Shown here in pieces: positions 10,190-20,137 of a DNA stretch of 64,000 nt. The position numbers were made by a program, and so were the translations under genes. Position 1 is the stretch's first letter; each line of letters begins with the position of its first letter. The stretch comes from Prevotella sp. (GTDB lineage Bacteria; Bacteroidota; Bacteroidia; Bacteroidales; Dysgonomonadaceae): contig JAITVV010000089.1 in NCBI GenBank assembly GCA_031285625.1, positions 29,931 to 93,930 on the forward strand. Direction: 5' to 3'. A model generated the notes under the pieces. That model was not told where the DNA came from, made no database searches, and worked only from the letters and a program-made list of their open reading frames with translations.

Positions 10190-10765
10190 ATGTTACGAAA
10201 GATTATAGAGTGGGATAAAGAATTGTTTTTGTACCTCAACAGCAAACATATTAGCTGGCTCGACCCTGCCATGTTATTTTTCAGTTCTTATCTATGCTGG
10301 ATACTTGTGTGCTTACTGATGGCTACAATAATCTATTTCAGATTGGAGATTTGGAGAAAAACAACTACTCTGTTTTTTCTGCTTTCGATTGGAGTAAGCG
10401 CATTATTGACCAATATAATCAAACTCATAGTAGAGCGGCCACGTCCCATTCACAACCAGGACTGGATAGATACAATACATGCCATCGAAAAATATAGTTC
10501 CAGTACCAGTTTCTTTTCTTCGCATTCAGCCACGACATTTACTATGGCCGTATTTTTTCTTCTGGTTTTTCGGAAAAGTGCTTTAAAAATCTACGGATAT
10601 TTAGCCTTAATATGGGCAACCATTGTAGCGTACAGTCGCATCTATCTGGCAAAGCATTATCCTTTTGATGTTCTCTGTGGAATATTGTTCGGAATCACAA
10701 TTGGTATTCTAGGATATAAGTTATTGGAATATTATACTAGACGGAAAACCGAATTAAAACCTTAG
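10190..10765 (+). CDS. PAP2 family membrane phosphatase (LpxF-like lipid A 4'-phosphatase or Und-PP phosphatase)
   Basis: KLIVERPRP, SFFSSH, SRIYLAKHYPFDV; multiple TM helices. Confidence 0.85.
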   Translation: MLRKIIEWDKELFLYLNSKHISWLDPAMLFFSSYLCWILVCLLMATIIYFRLEIWRKTTTLFFLLSIGVSALLTNIIKLIVERPRPIHNQDWIDTIHAIEKYSSSTSFFSSHSATTFTMAVFFLLVFRKSALKIYGYLALIWATIVAYSRIYLAKHYPFDVLCGILFGITIGILGYKLLEYYTRRKTELKP

Positions 10766-11521
10766 CCACTTCCGCACTTTTCTTTTCTCCATCAACGAAT
10801 ATATTTTTAGCATGAAAGGAAAGGCTCGTCCAATAGGATAAAATAAACGGAATAAGACAGACGGATAAATATTCTTTTTCCCTTTCTCAATTCCCCTTAC
10901 AATTGTTCGCGCCACAGTCTTAGCATCCTGAATAGGGAAAGGCAAGGGAGTTTCCTTTTCACCAGTAGCCTTATCAAAAAAATCTGTACGGGTAGCCACC
11001 GGGTAAACTGCTGTGATTTGCAAATTCCGGGATTGCTCATAACGATAGGTTTGTACGAAGTGATGCAATGCAGCTTTTGTGGAACAATAAAGTGAATACG
11101 CAGGTAAAGAAGCTAATCCTGCGCCTGACACCGTACACACAAAAGCTATTTTACCCTTATACTGTGTGACCAATTTCTCAAGGGAATAGATAGGAGAAAA
11201 AACATTCAGGCTATATATATCTTCAATATGCTGCCAGTCAGGCTTATCCAATTTTTCTAAATATGCATATCCGGCATTGGCAATGTATACATCAACATGC
11301 CCCAATAACTGGCTTGCATATCCAAATACTTTATCTACACCATCTTGTGTGCTTACATCGGCAGCAAACGGATAAATATTCTCTACTTGTGGAATAGTAT
11401 CTATATGGCGGGCAACTGCCACTATCTTCGCATCCTTAAAAGTGATTAGCAAAGAAAGTATCTCTTTACCAATACCGGATGATGCTCCTGTGAGAATAAT
11501 ATTTTTGCCAGTTAAATCCAT
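10754..11521 (-). CDS. Short-chain dehydrogenase/reductase
   Basis: TGASSGIG, ANAG, catalytic YCSTK. Confidence 0.9.
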   Translation of the reverse strand: MDLTGKNIILTGASSGIGKEILSLLITFKDAKIVAVARHIDTIPQVENIYPFAADVSTQDGVDKVFGYASQLLGHVDVYIANAGYAYLEKLDKPDWQHIEDIYSLNVFSPIYSLEKLVTQYKGKIAFVCTVSGAGLASLPAYSLYCSTKAALHHFVQTYRYEQSRNLQITAVYPVATRTDFFDKATGEKETPLPFPIQDAKTVARTIVRGIEKGKKNIYPSVLFRLFYPIGRAFPFMLKIYSLMEKRKVRKWLRF

Positions 11522-11524
11522 AAA

Positions 11525-13159
11525 TCAATCATTCCAAAGTAATGTGAACTCATTTATTTTTTGAGTCTGAAATTCCGTGAGATCAATATTATACTTATCC
11601 AGATCAGAAGAATATACGATATATAAGGTTTTTGATATTGGCTGTATCTCTGGCGGTGTATAAAGATAATGTTTACCATAACTTGTTATGCCGCCTCCAA
11701 CACCGGATTTTGTCCGTTCAAATTCATATGGGCTAACAGGATCATAAAACATCGGTATTACATATATTGTCCCATCCGGATAATATATACGATCAAAATT
11801 TTTATTCCCGGAAAACTCTTGTAGCTTATCATAATTTCTAGGAAAGCCGATTAAAGGAGCATTCTCTCCAAAAAGGTGAATATACTTTACAGCAAATACT
11901 ATTGTCAGAATACAAGCAGCCCCGATAAGAGCGTATCCCGATTTTTTAACTTTTTCGAAACAGAAGGAAAGGCCTCTGCCTACAAAATACATTAAAGGAA
12001 ACCAAACTAGATTCCAATGATTCACATTGGGGCGTACGATCAATATAATAGGGAGAGTGGACAGTAACCAGAGGCCAAATATGAGATCCCATGTACTGAA
12101 CTTCCTTGTATATATGAGACGGATTAATGCCCAGATAGCAAAAGGCATACCCAGCAAATTATAAAACTGGCCTATATAGCGTATACTGTTCCATGGCAAT
12201 CCGTCATCACCTGTAAAAAGCATGGATATACCACGCAGAATGTACCCTAAGTAATATCCTGACCCTAATATAGTAGTATCGTTATGTCTCGATTCTACCA
12301 GTGAAGTGATTGTAATTCCGCCCACCGTAAATGCTTCACCCTTTGCGATTAAGAGGTTATAAGCAAAAAGGATCAGCGGAAATAATAAGATCAAAAGCAA
12401 AAGCAAGCATGTACCTGTTTGTAATATTGTAATTCTCTTCTTTCTATAAAGGAATATAAACAGGAATATGACAAAGAAAGGAAGCATGAACCAGCTTACG
12501 CCATAGCTATATGCCGCCAAGGAGAATAATAGACATCCTCCCAGATAGTAAAGCAAACTTTTTTGTATTTTCTGCGTATAAACATAATACCCTAAAACAA
12601 AAAGACAGACCCCAATCAAAACAAAATCAGGAGACAGGTTGCAATCCAGTGCCCATCGGCTCTTCATTATATGCCAGGGACTGATGATAAAAAGTAAGAT
12701 GATAATAAAAGTAAGGAAAGTATTCTGCTGCGTTCTTCTTAATGTATAATATAGGAAGATCAGTGAAATGCAGCTAACCAAGGCCATGGGTAACCTGTAG
12801 ACAGGTGCAGAAAGCCCAAATAGTTTAATAAAAGGTATTCCCAGATATGAATAAACAGCACTTTGCCCGGTTCCCCACGATTTCAGATATACAGGATAAG
12901 ATAACAGATGCTGATCAACTCCATAATAGGCTAAACACCACGAATCATAGCCACTGATAGCTTCATCGACAAATATTCCAGAAGGCACGGACAAATCTAT
13001 TGTCCGCAAGAGAACCCCTATCAAGATAGCAATCTGAGTCCACAATATATATTTTCTATCCTCAGATGACTCTATCTTGCTTCTTTTTACTTCCTTGTAA
13101 TTGAAAAACAATACAAACAATACAAAAAGAAATAGTGCAATAAGATATGATTCGATCAT
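11525..13159 (-). CDS. GT-C fold membrane glycosyltransferase (ArnT/PMT-like, GT39/83)
   Basis: First-loop FVDEAISGYDSW, SPWHIMKSRWALDCNL, about 11-13 hydrophobic segments and a soluble C-terminal domain. Confidence 0.75.
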   Translation of the reverse strand: MIESYLIALFLFVLFVLFFNYKEVKRSKIESSEDRKYILWTQIAILIGVLLRTIDLSVPSGIFVDEAISGYDSWCLAYYGVDQHLLSYPVYLKSWGTGQSAVYSYLGIPFIKLFGLSAPVYRLPMALVSCISLIFLYYTLRRTQQNTFLTFIIILLFIISPWHIMKSRWALDCNLSPDFVLIGVCLFVLGYYVYTQKIQKSLLYYLGGCLLFSLAAYSYGVSWFMLPFFVIFLFIFLYRKKRITILQTGTCLLLLLILLFPLILFAYNLLIAKGEAFTVGGITITSLVESRHNDTTILGSGYYLGYILRGISMLFTGDDGLPWNSIRYIGQFYNLLGMPFAIWALIRLIYTRKFSTWDLIFGLWLLSTLPIILIVRPNVNHWNLVWFPLMYFVGRGLSFCFEKVKKSGYALIGAACILTIVFAVKYIHLFGENAPLIGFPRNYDKLQEFSGNKNFDRIYYPDGTIYVIPMFYDPVSPYEFERTKSGVGGGITSYGKHYLYTPPEIQPISKTLYIVYSSDLDKYNIDLTEFQTQKINEFTLLWND

Positions 13160-13168
13160 CCTGATACC

Positions 13169-14041
13169 TTATGTCCTTATTTTATCAAAGCCTTCTCCGT
13201 ATACTCCACGAACAGTACTTTGAGAAATAAATGCTTTTTCATCTATGCTTTTTATCAAACGGAACATCTCCAGAGCTTCGGTACGTTTTGCAAGCACAAT
13301 CACAACCTTGGTAGGTTTCTTTGTATACCATCCTGTTCCGTCTAATACTGTACATCCACGATGCAACTCTGTATTGATAGCATCAGCTATTACGTCATAC
13401 TTTTCGGAGAAAATGAGTATCTGTACTGATTGTCTGAAGCCATTGATAACCATATCGATGCTATAGGTCATTACACCCATTACAATAAGGCCATATATAA
13501 TTGTCTGATAATTATAGAAAATGAAATATGAGCAACAAATAATAGTAAAATCACACAGTAGCATTCCCCGCCCAAAAGCAATATTCTTATATTTATTGAT
13601 GAGGGCAACAATAATATCAGTCCCCCCGGTACTACCGTTGCAACTAAATACTAAACCGATACCTACACCACACATCATACCACCTATTACTCCTGATAAA
13701 AGCGGTTCATTCTTTACTATGGGCTCCGTTATATAAGTTTGGCAGATTGTCAATAAGAAAGTAAGAACAACTACCCCGTAAATAGTCTTTATCATAAATT
13801 TAAGACCAAGTACCTTCAGTGCAACAAATAACAAGGCACAGTTAGTAAGGAAATAGGTGTATTGCAAAGGTATACTTCCATTTGTGGCATATTCTACAAG
13901 AAGGGCAATACCAGTCAGCCCTCCGGTTACAATACCTCCGGGTTTTATAAATCCTATCAACCCAATGGCATAAATAGTAAGCCCTACAAGTATAAGTGCG
14001 TAATCTTTCCAGTAAAAATCTTTTAAGTATCTTTTGGGCAT
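13169..14041 (-). CDS. YitT family membrane protein
   Basis: TGGLTGIA, GSTGGTDI, RGCTVLDGTGWYT, IDEKAFI, GVYGEGF. Confidence 0.9.
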   Translation of the reverse strand: MPKRYLKDFYWKDYALILVGLTIYAIGLIGFIKPGGIVTGGLTGIALLVEYATNGSIPLQYTYFLTNCALLFVALKVLGLKFMIKTIYGVVVLTFLLTICQTYITEPIVKNEPLLSGVIGGMMCGVGIGLVFSCNGSTGGTDIIVALINKYKNIAFGRGMLLCDFTIICCSYFIFYNYQTIIYGLIVMGVMTYSIDMVINGFRQSVQILIFSEKYDVIADAINTELHRGCTVLDGTGWYTKKPTKVVIVLAKRTEALEMFRLIKSIDEKAFISQSTVRGVYGEGFDKIRT

Positions 14042-14056
14042 AAAGTATTAATTTTC

Positions 14057-16858
14057 TTACAATACTATATTTACAATTTTCTTAGGAACAATGATCACTT
14101 TCTTAGGAGTCTTTCCTTCAAGCCATTTTGCTGAATTCTGATGTTCCAAAACTGTTTTTTCTATTTCATCATTCGGGGTATCTACTGCAAATTCAATGTT
14201 GAAGCGTGCCTTTCCGTTGAATGATACAGTGTAGTTAACAACATCTTCAACCAAATACGCCTCATTGAAAACAGGCCATTCTTCACCAAAGATGGATGCT
14301 TTATTACCTAACGCATTCCAAAGCTCTTCCGTAATAAACGGCGCAAACGGTGCAAGAACGATCAGTAATTCTTCTAAAATAGCTTTCTTGTTACATTTAG
14401 ATGAAGTCAGTTCATTTACACAAATCATAAATGCAGATACCGAAGTATTGAAAGAGAATGCTTCAATATCTCCCGAAACTTTCTTTATCAGCTTATGTAG
14501 TGATTTCAACTCATCTTTTGTAGGTTCAGCATCTGTAACCGCAAATTCGTCACCTTTGTAGAAAAGGTTCCATACTTTACGTAAGAAACGGTGAACACCA
14601 TCGATACCATTCATATCCCATGGTTTGGATTGCTCTAAAGGTCCAAGGAACATCTCATACATGCGAAGTGTATCTGCTCCATATCTCTCAGCCACATCAT
14701 CAGGATTCACTACATTGTGGTAGCGTTTTCCCATTTTTTCGATAGTCCAGCCACAAATATATTTTCCATCCTCAAGGATGAATTCTGCTGTCTCAAACTC
14801 AGGACGCCATAACTTGAATCTCTCTATATCTAATATATCGTTACTTACAATATTCACGTCCACATGAATTTCAGATGTTTCATATTGATCTTTTAGATTA
14901 TACGATACAAATTTGTTTGTTCCATTGATACGGTACACAAGACTACTGCGTCCCTGTATCATACCCTGGTTAATCAGTTTTTTGAATGGTTCGTCTTCAC
15001 AAGACACACCTATATCAAATAAGAATTTGTCCCAGAAGCGGCTGTATATCAAGTGTCCTGTTGCATGTTCGGTTCCTCCTATATACAAATCCACATTACG
15101 CCAGTACTCATCCTTTTCTTTCGATACCAATTCCTCTTCATTATACGGATCCATATAATGTAAATAGTAAGCTGATGATCCGGCAAAGCCCGGCATTGTA
15201 TTTAGTTCTAACGGGAAAACAGTTTTATGATCTATCTTAGATGTCTCCACAACCTTTCCGTTTGCCTCATCCCATGCCCATTTTACAGCTCGTCCCAATG
15301 GTGGTTCTCCTGTTTCGGTTGGCAGATATTTATCTACCTCAGGCAGTTCTAACGGAAGTTTATCTATAGGAAGCATGTAAGGAAGTTCCCCTTTATAGTA
15401 AACAGGGAATGGCTCTCCCCAATAACGCTGACGAGAGAATATAGCATCGCGAAGCCGGTAATTTACCTTTACACGTCCCAACTTATTATCCTTGATATAT
15501 TGTCTGGCTTTCTCTATAGCTTCTTTTACTTCCAGTCCATTCAAAAAACCGGAATTCATCATAACACCTTCTTTGGCATCAAAGCTTTCTTCTGAGATAT
15601 CGCAGCCTTCTATTAGTGGAATAATAGGCAGATTAAAATGTTTAGCAAAAGCATAGTCGCGGCTATCATGTCCCGGAACGGCCATAATTGCACCTGTACC
15701 GTATCCTGCAAGTACATAATCTGATGTCCAGATAGGTATTTCTTTTCCATTGAACGGATTAATTGCATACGATCCGGTAAATACACCCGATATTTTCTTG
15801 TCCATCAGACGGTCACGCTCTGTACGGCGTTTTGTTGCATCCAGGTAAGCATCTACCTCGGCTTTTTGCTCCGGAGTAGTTACCTGATACAGATATTCAC
15901 TTTCGGGAGCAAGTACCATAAAGGTTACACCAAAGATTGTATCTGCACGTGTAGTGAAGATCTCAAATTCGACATCCGAATCTTTCACCTTAAACTTCAT
16001 CTCCGCACCTTCGCTACGGCCTATCCAGTTGCGTTGTGTTTCTTTGATCGAGTCGCTCCACTCTATTTTATCAAGACCATCCAACAAGCGCTGTGCATAT
16101 GCAGAAGTACGCAGACTCCATTGACGCATCAAACGTTGTTCTACAGGGTATCCCCCACGTTCTGATAAACCACCGATAACCTCATCGTTTGCCAATACCG
16201 TACCTAATGCTGCACACCAGTTAACGGTAGTATCACTCAAATAGGCAATACGGTAATTAAGTAATATCTCTTGTTGTTTTTCTTCTGAATAAGATTTCCA
16301 CTCTGCTGCACTAAAATTCAATTCTTCACTACAAGCTATATTCAAGCCTTCTGTTCCTACCTGTCCAAAAGCCTCTATCAGTTCGGCAATAGGACGGGCC
16401 TGTTGCTCATCATTGCAATAGTAGCTATTAAACATTTGGATAAATGCCCATTGCGTCCATTTGTAATACCGTGGATCACATGTTTGTATTTCGCGACTCC
16501 AGTCAAATGAAAAGCCAATCTTATCCAATTGCTGGCGGTAACGTGCAATATTTTCAGCAGTTGTAATGGCAGGATGCTGCCCTGTCTGAATCGCATATTG
16601 TTCTGCCGGAAGGCCATATGCATCATATCCCATTGGATGAAGTACATTAAAGCCTTTCAGTCTTTTATATCTTGCAAATATATCGGATGCAATATATCCG
16701 AGTGGATGCCCTACATGAAGCCCTGCTCCTGATGGATAAGGGAACATATCGAGGACATAATATTTTGGTTTATTATTATCTTCAGTTACTTTATAAGTTG
16801 TGTTATCAATCCAGTATTGATTCCAGCGTTTTTCGATTTCTTTAAAATTGTATTCCAT
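14057..16858 (-). CDS. leuS: Leucine--tRNA ligase
   Basis: [33 protein letters not shown] editing domain, SRQRYWGEP; the KMSKS position reads KMGKR. Confidence 0.97.
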   Translation of the reverse strand: MEYNFKEIEKRWNQYWIDNTTYKVTEDNNKPKYYVLDMFPYPSGAGLHVGHPLGYIASDIFARYKRLKGFNVLHPMGYDAYGLPAEQYAIQTGQHPAITTAENIARYRQQLDKIGFSFDWSREIQTCDPRYYKWTQWAFIQMFNSYYCNDEQQARPIAELIEAFGQVGTEGLNIACSEELNFSAAEWKSYSEEKQQEILLNYRIAYLSDTTVNWCAALGTVLANDEVIGGLSERGGYPVEQRLMRQWSLRTSAYAQRLLDGLDKIEWSDSIKETQRNWIGRSEGAEMKFKVKDSDVEFEIFTTRADTIFGVTFMVLAPESEYLYQVTTPEQKAEVDAYLDATKRRTERDRLMDKKISGVFTGSYAINPFNGKEIPIWTSDYVLAGYGTGAIMAVPGHDSRDYAFAKHFNLPIIPLIEGCDISEESFDAKEGVMMNSGFLNGLEVKEAIEKARQYIKDNKLGRVKVNYRLRDAIFSRQRYWGEPFPVYYKGELPYMLPIDKLPLELPEVDKYLPTETGEPPLGRAVKWAWDEANGKVVETSKIDHKTVFPLELNTMPGFAGSSAYYLHYMDPYNEEELVSKEKDEYWRNVDLYIGGTEHATGHLIYSRFWDKFLFDIGVSCEDEPFKKLINQGMIQGRSSLVYRINGTNKFVSYNLKDQYETSEIHVDVNIVSNDILDIERFKLWRPEFETAEFILEDGKYICGWTIEKMGKRYHNVVNPDDVAERYGADTLRMYEMFLGPLEQSKPWDMNGIDGVHRFLRKVWNLFYKGDEFAVTDAEPTKDELKSLHKLIKKVSGDIEAFSFNTSVSAFMICVNELTSSKCNKKAILEELLIVLAPFAPFITEELWNALGNKASIFGEEWPVFNEAYLVEDVVNYTVSFNGKARFNIEFAVDTPNDEIEKTVLEHQNSAKWLEGKTPKKVIIVPKKIVNIVL

Positions 16859-16889
16859 AACCAAGTTTGTTGCAATTTTTTTATTGGCG

Positions 16890-16897
16890 CAAAGATA
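16890..16897 (-). promoter_or_regulatory. -7 promoter box (TATCTTTG) for leuS-yitT-GT-SDR
   Basis: CAAAGATA on the + strand about 30 nt upstream of the leuS ATG. Confidence 0.6.
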
Positions 16898-17178
16898 GTT
16901 ATTTCTTTAGATTAAAACGAATTAATGAACCTCTTTCCATATAGTATTCTTTCCTAATTTTGTCTTATATAGTGAGGCTTTGGGTAATAAAAAGGTAACA
17001 AGGTAACATAAAAAAAACAGCTGAAAGTTGTCACTTTTGTTACTTTTTTTGTTGAGAGATTCTTTGGAGATTAAAGCCTCCAAAAATAAAATTCAATATT
17101 TTTCAATTTTGCAATGTATACTTTACAAAATAATACATACTTTTGCAAAGTAAAGATTACAAAATAGACATAAAATAT

Positions 17179-18483
17179 ATGAAAAATAAAAAATTCGCAG
17201 AAGTAAATAAAGGATATTCCACTAAAGAAGCTGTAGAAGAAGCAAAGCGATGCCTCAATTGTAAAACGCCTCTTTGCATGCAAGGTTGTCCTATTGAGCA
17301 TGACATACCAGGATTTGTAAATCAGCTTTCGATGGGTAATATCGGAGCAGCAATGCAGATTATTAATGAAAAAAGCAACCTGCCTGCTATCTGTGGGAGA
17401 GTATGTCCTCACGAAAAGCAATGCGAAGGACATTGTATCCTCAATAAGAGGAATAACCCGGTAAAAGTAGGCAAACTGGAACGTTTCATAGCCGATTTTG
17501 ACAGCGATATGAACCTTATCAAAGAACGCCTCAAACCAAAAACAAGAGGCAAAGTTGCAATAATAGGTTCGGGACCTGCAGGACTGACTGTCGCCGGAGA
17601 CCTGGCGCGGGGAGGTTTCAATGTTGTCGTATTTGAAGGACAGAAAGAGCCCGGAGGAGTATTGATGTATGGAATACCTGAATATCGGTTGCCTAAAGAT
17701 ATTGTGCGGCGCGAGATCAAGAAAATTGAGGCACTGGGAGTAACTTTTATCAATGACTATCTGGTAGGTGAAAAAACAACAGTGGATGATATGCTCAATC
17801 ATGAATTTGACGCAGTATTTATCGGTTCCGGCACTTCTGTTCCTAAAACAGTAGACATACCTGGTATAAATCTCTACAGGGTACTTCAGTCTTCTTACTT
17901 CTTGCGTATGGTGAACCTGTACAATAATGGTGATATAAGCCGGGCTGCTGTACCATTACTTGAGAATGAGGATATTGCTATTATTGGAGCCGGTAATGTG
18001 GCTATGGATTCTGCCCGTACAGCCTTACGGATGGGAGCAAACTCCGTTACTATTATATACCGTGGCACAGAAGAAGGTATTCCGGCCTTGAAAACCGAAT
18101 ACAACGAAGCAGTAGAAGAAGGAGTAAAATTCTTATGGCAGAGCAGAACTATTGAATGCATCGGAGAAAATAATACACTGAAAGCAATCCGTGTAGAAAC
18201 ACCGGAAGGAGAAAAAATAATTCCGATGAACCGTGTTCTGATTTCTATCGGATCAAAACCGGCTAACAGGATTGTATCTACGTCTCTCGGAATAGAGGTT
18301 AACGAAAACGGGTATGTGATTACAAAAGAGCATCCTTATGGCATGACTACCCGTAAAGGCGTGTTTGCCGGGGGTGATGTTGTCCATACTCCCCAGACTG
18401 TTGTGTTGGCTATGAGGGAAGCAAAACAAGTTGCAAAAGGGATTGCGCAATATGTGGATGCCGTAAAACTGCTAAGTCAATGA
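17179..18483 (+). CDS. GltD/SudA/NfnB-like Fe-S flavoprotein NAD(P)H oxidoreductase
   Basis: RCLNC..PLCMQGCP, ICGRVCPHEKQCEGHC, GSGPAG, YGIPEYRLP, GAGNVAMD, FAGGD; TACTTTTG box at 17138-17145. Confidence 0.88.
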   Translation: MKNKKFAEVNKGYSTKEAVEEAKRCLNCKTPLCMQGCPIEHDIPGFVNQLSMGNIGAAMQIINEKSNLPAICGRVCPHEKQCEGHCILNKRNNPVKVGKLERFIADFDSDMNLIKERLKPKTRGKVAIIGSGPAGLTVAGDLARGGFNVVVFEGQKEPGGVLMYGIPEYRLPKDIVRREIKKIEALGVTFINDYLVGEKTTVDDMLNHEFDAVFIGSGTSVPKTVDIPGINLYRVLQSSYFLRMVNLYNNGDISRAAVPLLENEDIAIIGAGNVAMDSARTALRMGANSVTIIYRGTEEGIPALKTEYNEAVEEGVKFLWQSRTIECIGENNTLKAIRVETPEGEKIIPMNRVLISIGSKPANRIVSTSLGIEVNENGYVITKEHPYGMTTRKGVFAGGDVVHTPQTVVLAMREAKQVAKGIAQYVDAVKLLSQ

Positions 18484-19308
18484 TTACCAGTAATCATCGT
18501 CATAGTCAACCGTATCGGTATCTCCGTATGCCACACCAACTACGATCAGCCCGGCACCTGCCACAATACCTAGTGTAGTATAAAGCGCTGTATTGTTAGC
18601 CGGTTTTTCTACATAAAAGAAATCGCCGCGTTCGGCCATGCCACCAGCTAGCTCTAGCGGTTTAATCGCGTTGGTTTTAAGCAGGGTTTCGAGATAAAAA
18701 TCCTGTTCGTATACAAGTGGTCTATCCGACTGGAAATATACTGTTAAGTAGCTTTTGAATGCGAGCGGACTATTACCTTGCTCAAAATCCAGACGTTTCA
18801 CTTTAACAGCAATATTCTGGGTATTGCCTATACGTGAATCCCGGTAAGATTTGTTATTAATATGCTCAAAATTAGGATTTAAACTAAGGGGTGTTTCACT
18901 GATCATTGTTTGAGGAGGAACAAAGCTCACACCTTTAGGCAAGACCGCCTGACTGTCAAATCCGCCCCATGAATAAGTCTGATTACTATAAAACGTATCC
19001 CAATCGCCGGAATAATCTATCTTCTCACCGGCATAAGTCATTGCTACATTATCAATTATGAGGGCTGATCTTTTCCAGTCTACATACAATGGCTTATCCG
19101 ATTTATTAAAGACCGTAATCTGTACAGGCCCACCACCTCCCTTAAAACAATAAGCTATCCATAAGCTATCTGTTTCAAGGAGGAAATCACCATTATCTAC
19201 TTTTTCAACATATTCATTAGGAGTATTCAAAGTAGAATAAAAGAATGTTGAGCTACATGCCGGAAAAAGCATAGCAATAACCAATATACAAAAAATCTGT
19301 TTCATCAC
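18484..19308 (-). CDS. Hypothetical lipoprotein with C-terminal hydrophobic helix
   Basis: Lipobox LFPAC; C-terminal TLGIVAGAGLIVVGVAY plus acidic tail. Confidence 0.65.
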   Translation of the reverse strand: MMKQIFCILVIAMLFPACSSTFFYSTLNTPNEYVEKVDNGDFLLETDSLWIAYCFKGGGGPVQITVFNKSDKPLYVDWKRSALIIDNVAMTYAGEKIDYSGDWDTFYSNQTYSWGGFDSQAVLPKGVSFVPPQTMISETPLSLNPNFEHINNKSYRDSRIGNTQNIAVKVKRLDFEQGNSPLAFKSYLTVYFQSDRPLVYEQDFYLETLLKTNAIKPLELAGGMAERGDFFYVEKPANNTALYTTLGIVAGAGLIVVGVAYGDTDTVDYDDDYW

Positions 19309-19473
19309 AAGTTTGCCTAAAGATTCAATAACAAGTAATTACCTGACTTTAAAAATACAAAAGATATTCTTATTTTGCTATATAAAAGAGATAATAAAAA
19401 CTTAACCAAAGAATCGTTTTATCATCAAAAAAATACTTATCTTTATAAATCAATCATAATCTGATAGATAATT

Positions 19474-20124
19474 ATGACAATATATTATCTATTTATCATA
19501 CTAGCATGGATTGGAGGTTCTCTCTCGGGTTATTTGATTGCCCAATATCAAAATAACAGATCCAACCGGAAGACTCAATCTAAAAATTCGATAAAAAGCA
19601 AGCAAGCATACCTGTTTGCTAAAGACGTTATGAACATGATCAAGGATGGTAAATTCCTGAACATGCCACATAACAAGCTATTTTCTGACTTTAACAATAT
19701 ATTCAGCAAAGTAGAAGTTTACCGGCGTTTATATGAAAGCGGAAAATTAAAAGATATGGATTGTGAAGAAATCGCTGTATTTGGTAATCAGATGTTTAGT
19801 ACAGATGTCACCTTTAATTCTTACACGCTTCTATTTAAAGCAAGAACATATATCAATACCTATCTCTATCACTATCATGGAAATAAATCTGACAACAAGA
19901 GATTCTGGGAGAGAAAAAAACAAGAAGGGAAAATAAATGATTATAAGATCTATGAGAGATCATTTGCTTACCGCATATATAAGGATATACCTTGCTACAT
20001 ATACAAGTTCAGTATATTGAAGGACAATATATCGGGGATATTATTTATGAACATTGTTGACTTACCTATAGATGGATTTAGAGTAACAGCTTTAATCGCA
20101 GCATCGGGGGACCGTAAGATATAA
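19474..20124 (+). CDS. Hypothetical protein with N-terminal membrane anchor
   Basis: 216-aa ORF filling the gap; hydrophobic N-terminus; no recognised motif. Confidence 0.55.
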   Translation: MTIYYLFIILAWIGGSLSGYLIAQYQNNRSNRKTQSKNSIKSKQAYLFAKDVMNMIKDGKFLNMPHNKLFSDFNNIFSKVEVYRRLYESGKLKDMDCEEIAVFGNQMFSTDVTFNSYTLLFKARTYINTYLYHYHGNKSDNKRFWERKKQEGKINDYKIYERSFAYRIYKDIPCYIYKFSILKDNISGILFMNIVDLPIDGFRVTALIAASGDRKI

Positions 20125-20137
20125 TCAAAACAACTAA

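Noticed and set aside
16974-17080. Invertible promoter bounded by GAGGCTTT/AAAGCCTC
   Set aside because: Arms are only 8 bp, the -7 boxes lie outside the segment and no recombinase is nearby; retained only as an RNA-structure candidate.
17071-17802. 243-aa minus-strand ORF
   Set aside because: Antisense to the GltD-like gene, with no motifs and atypical composition.
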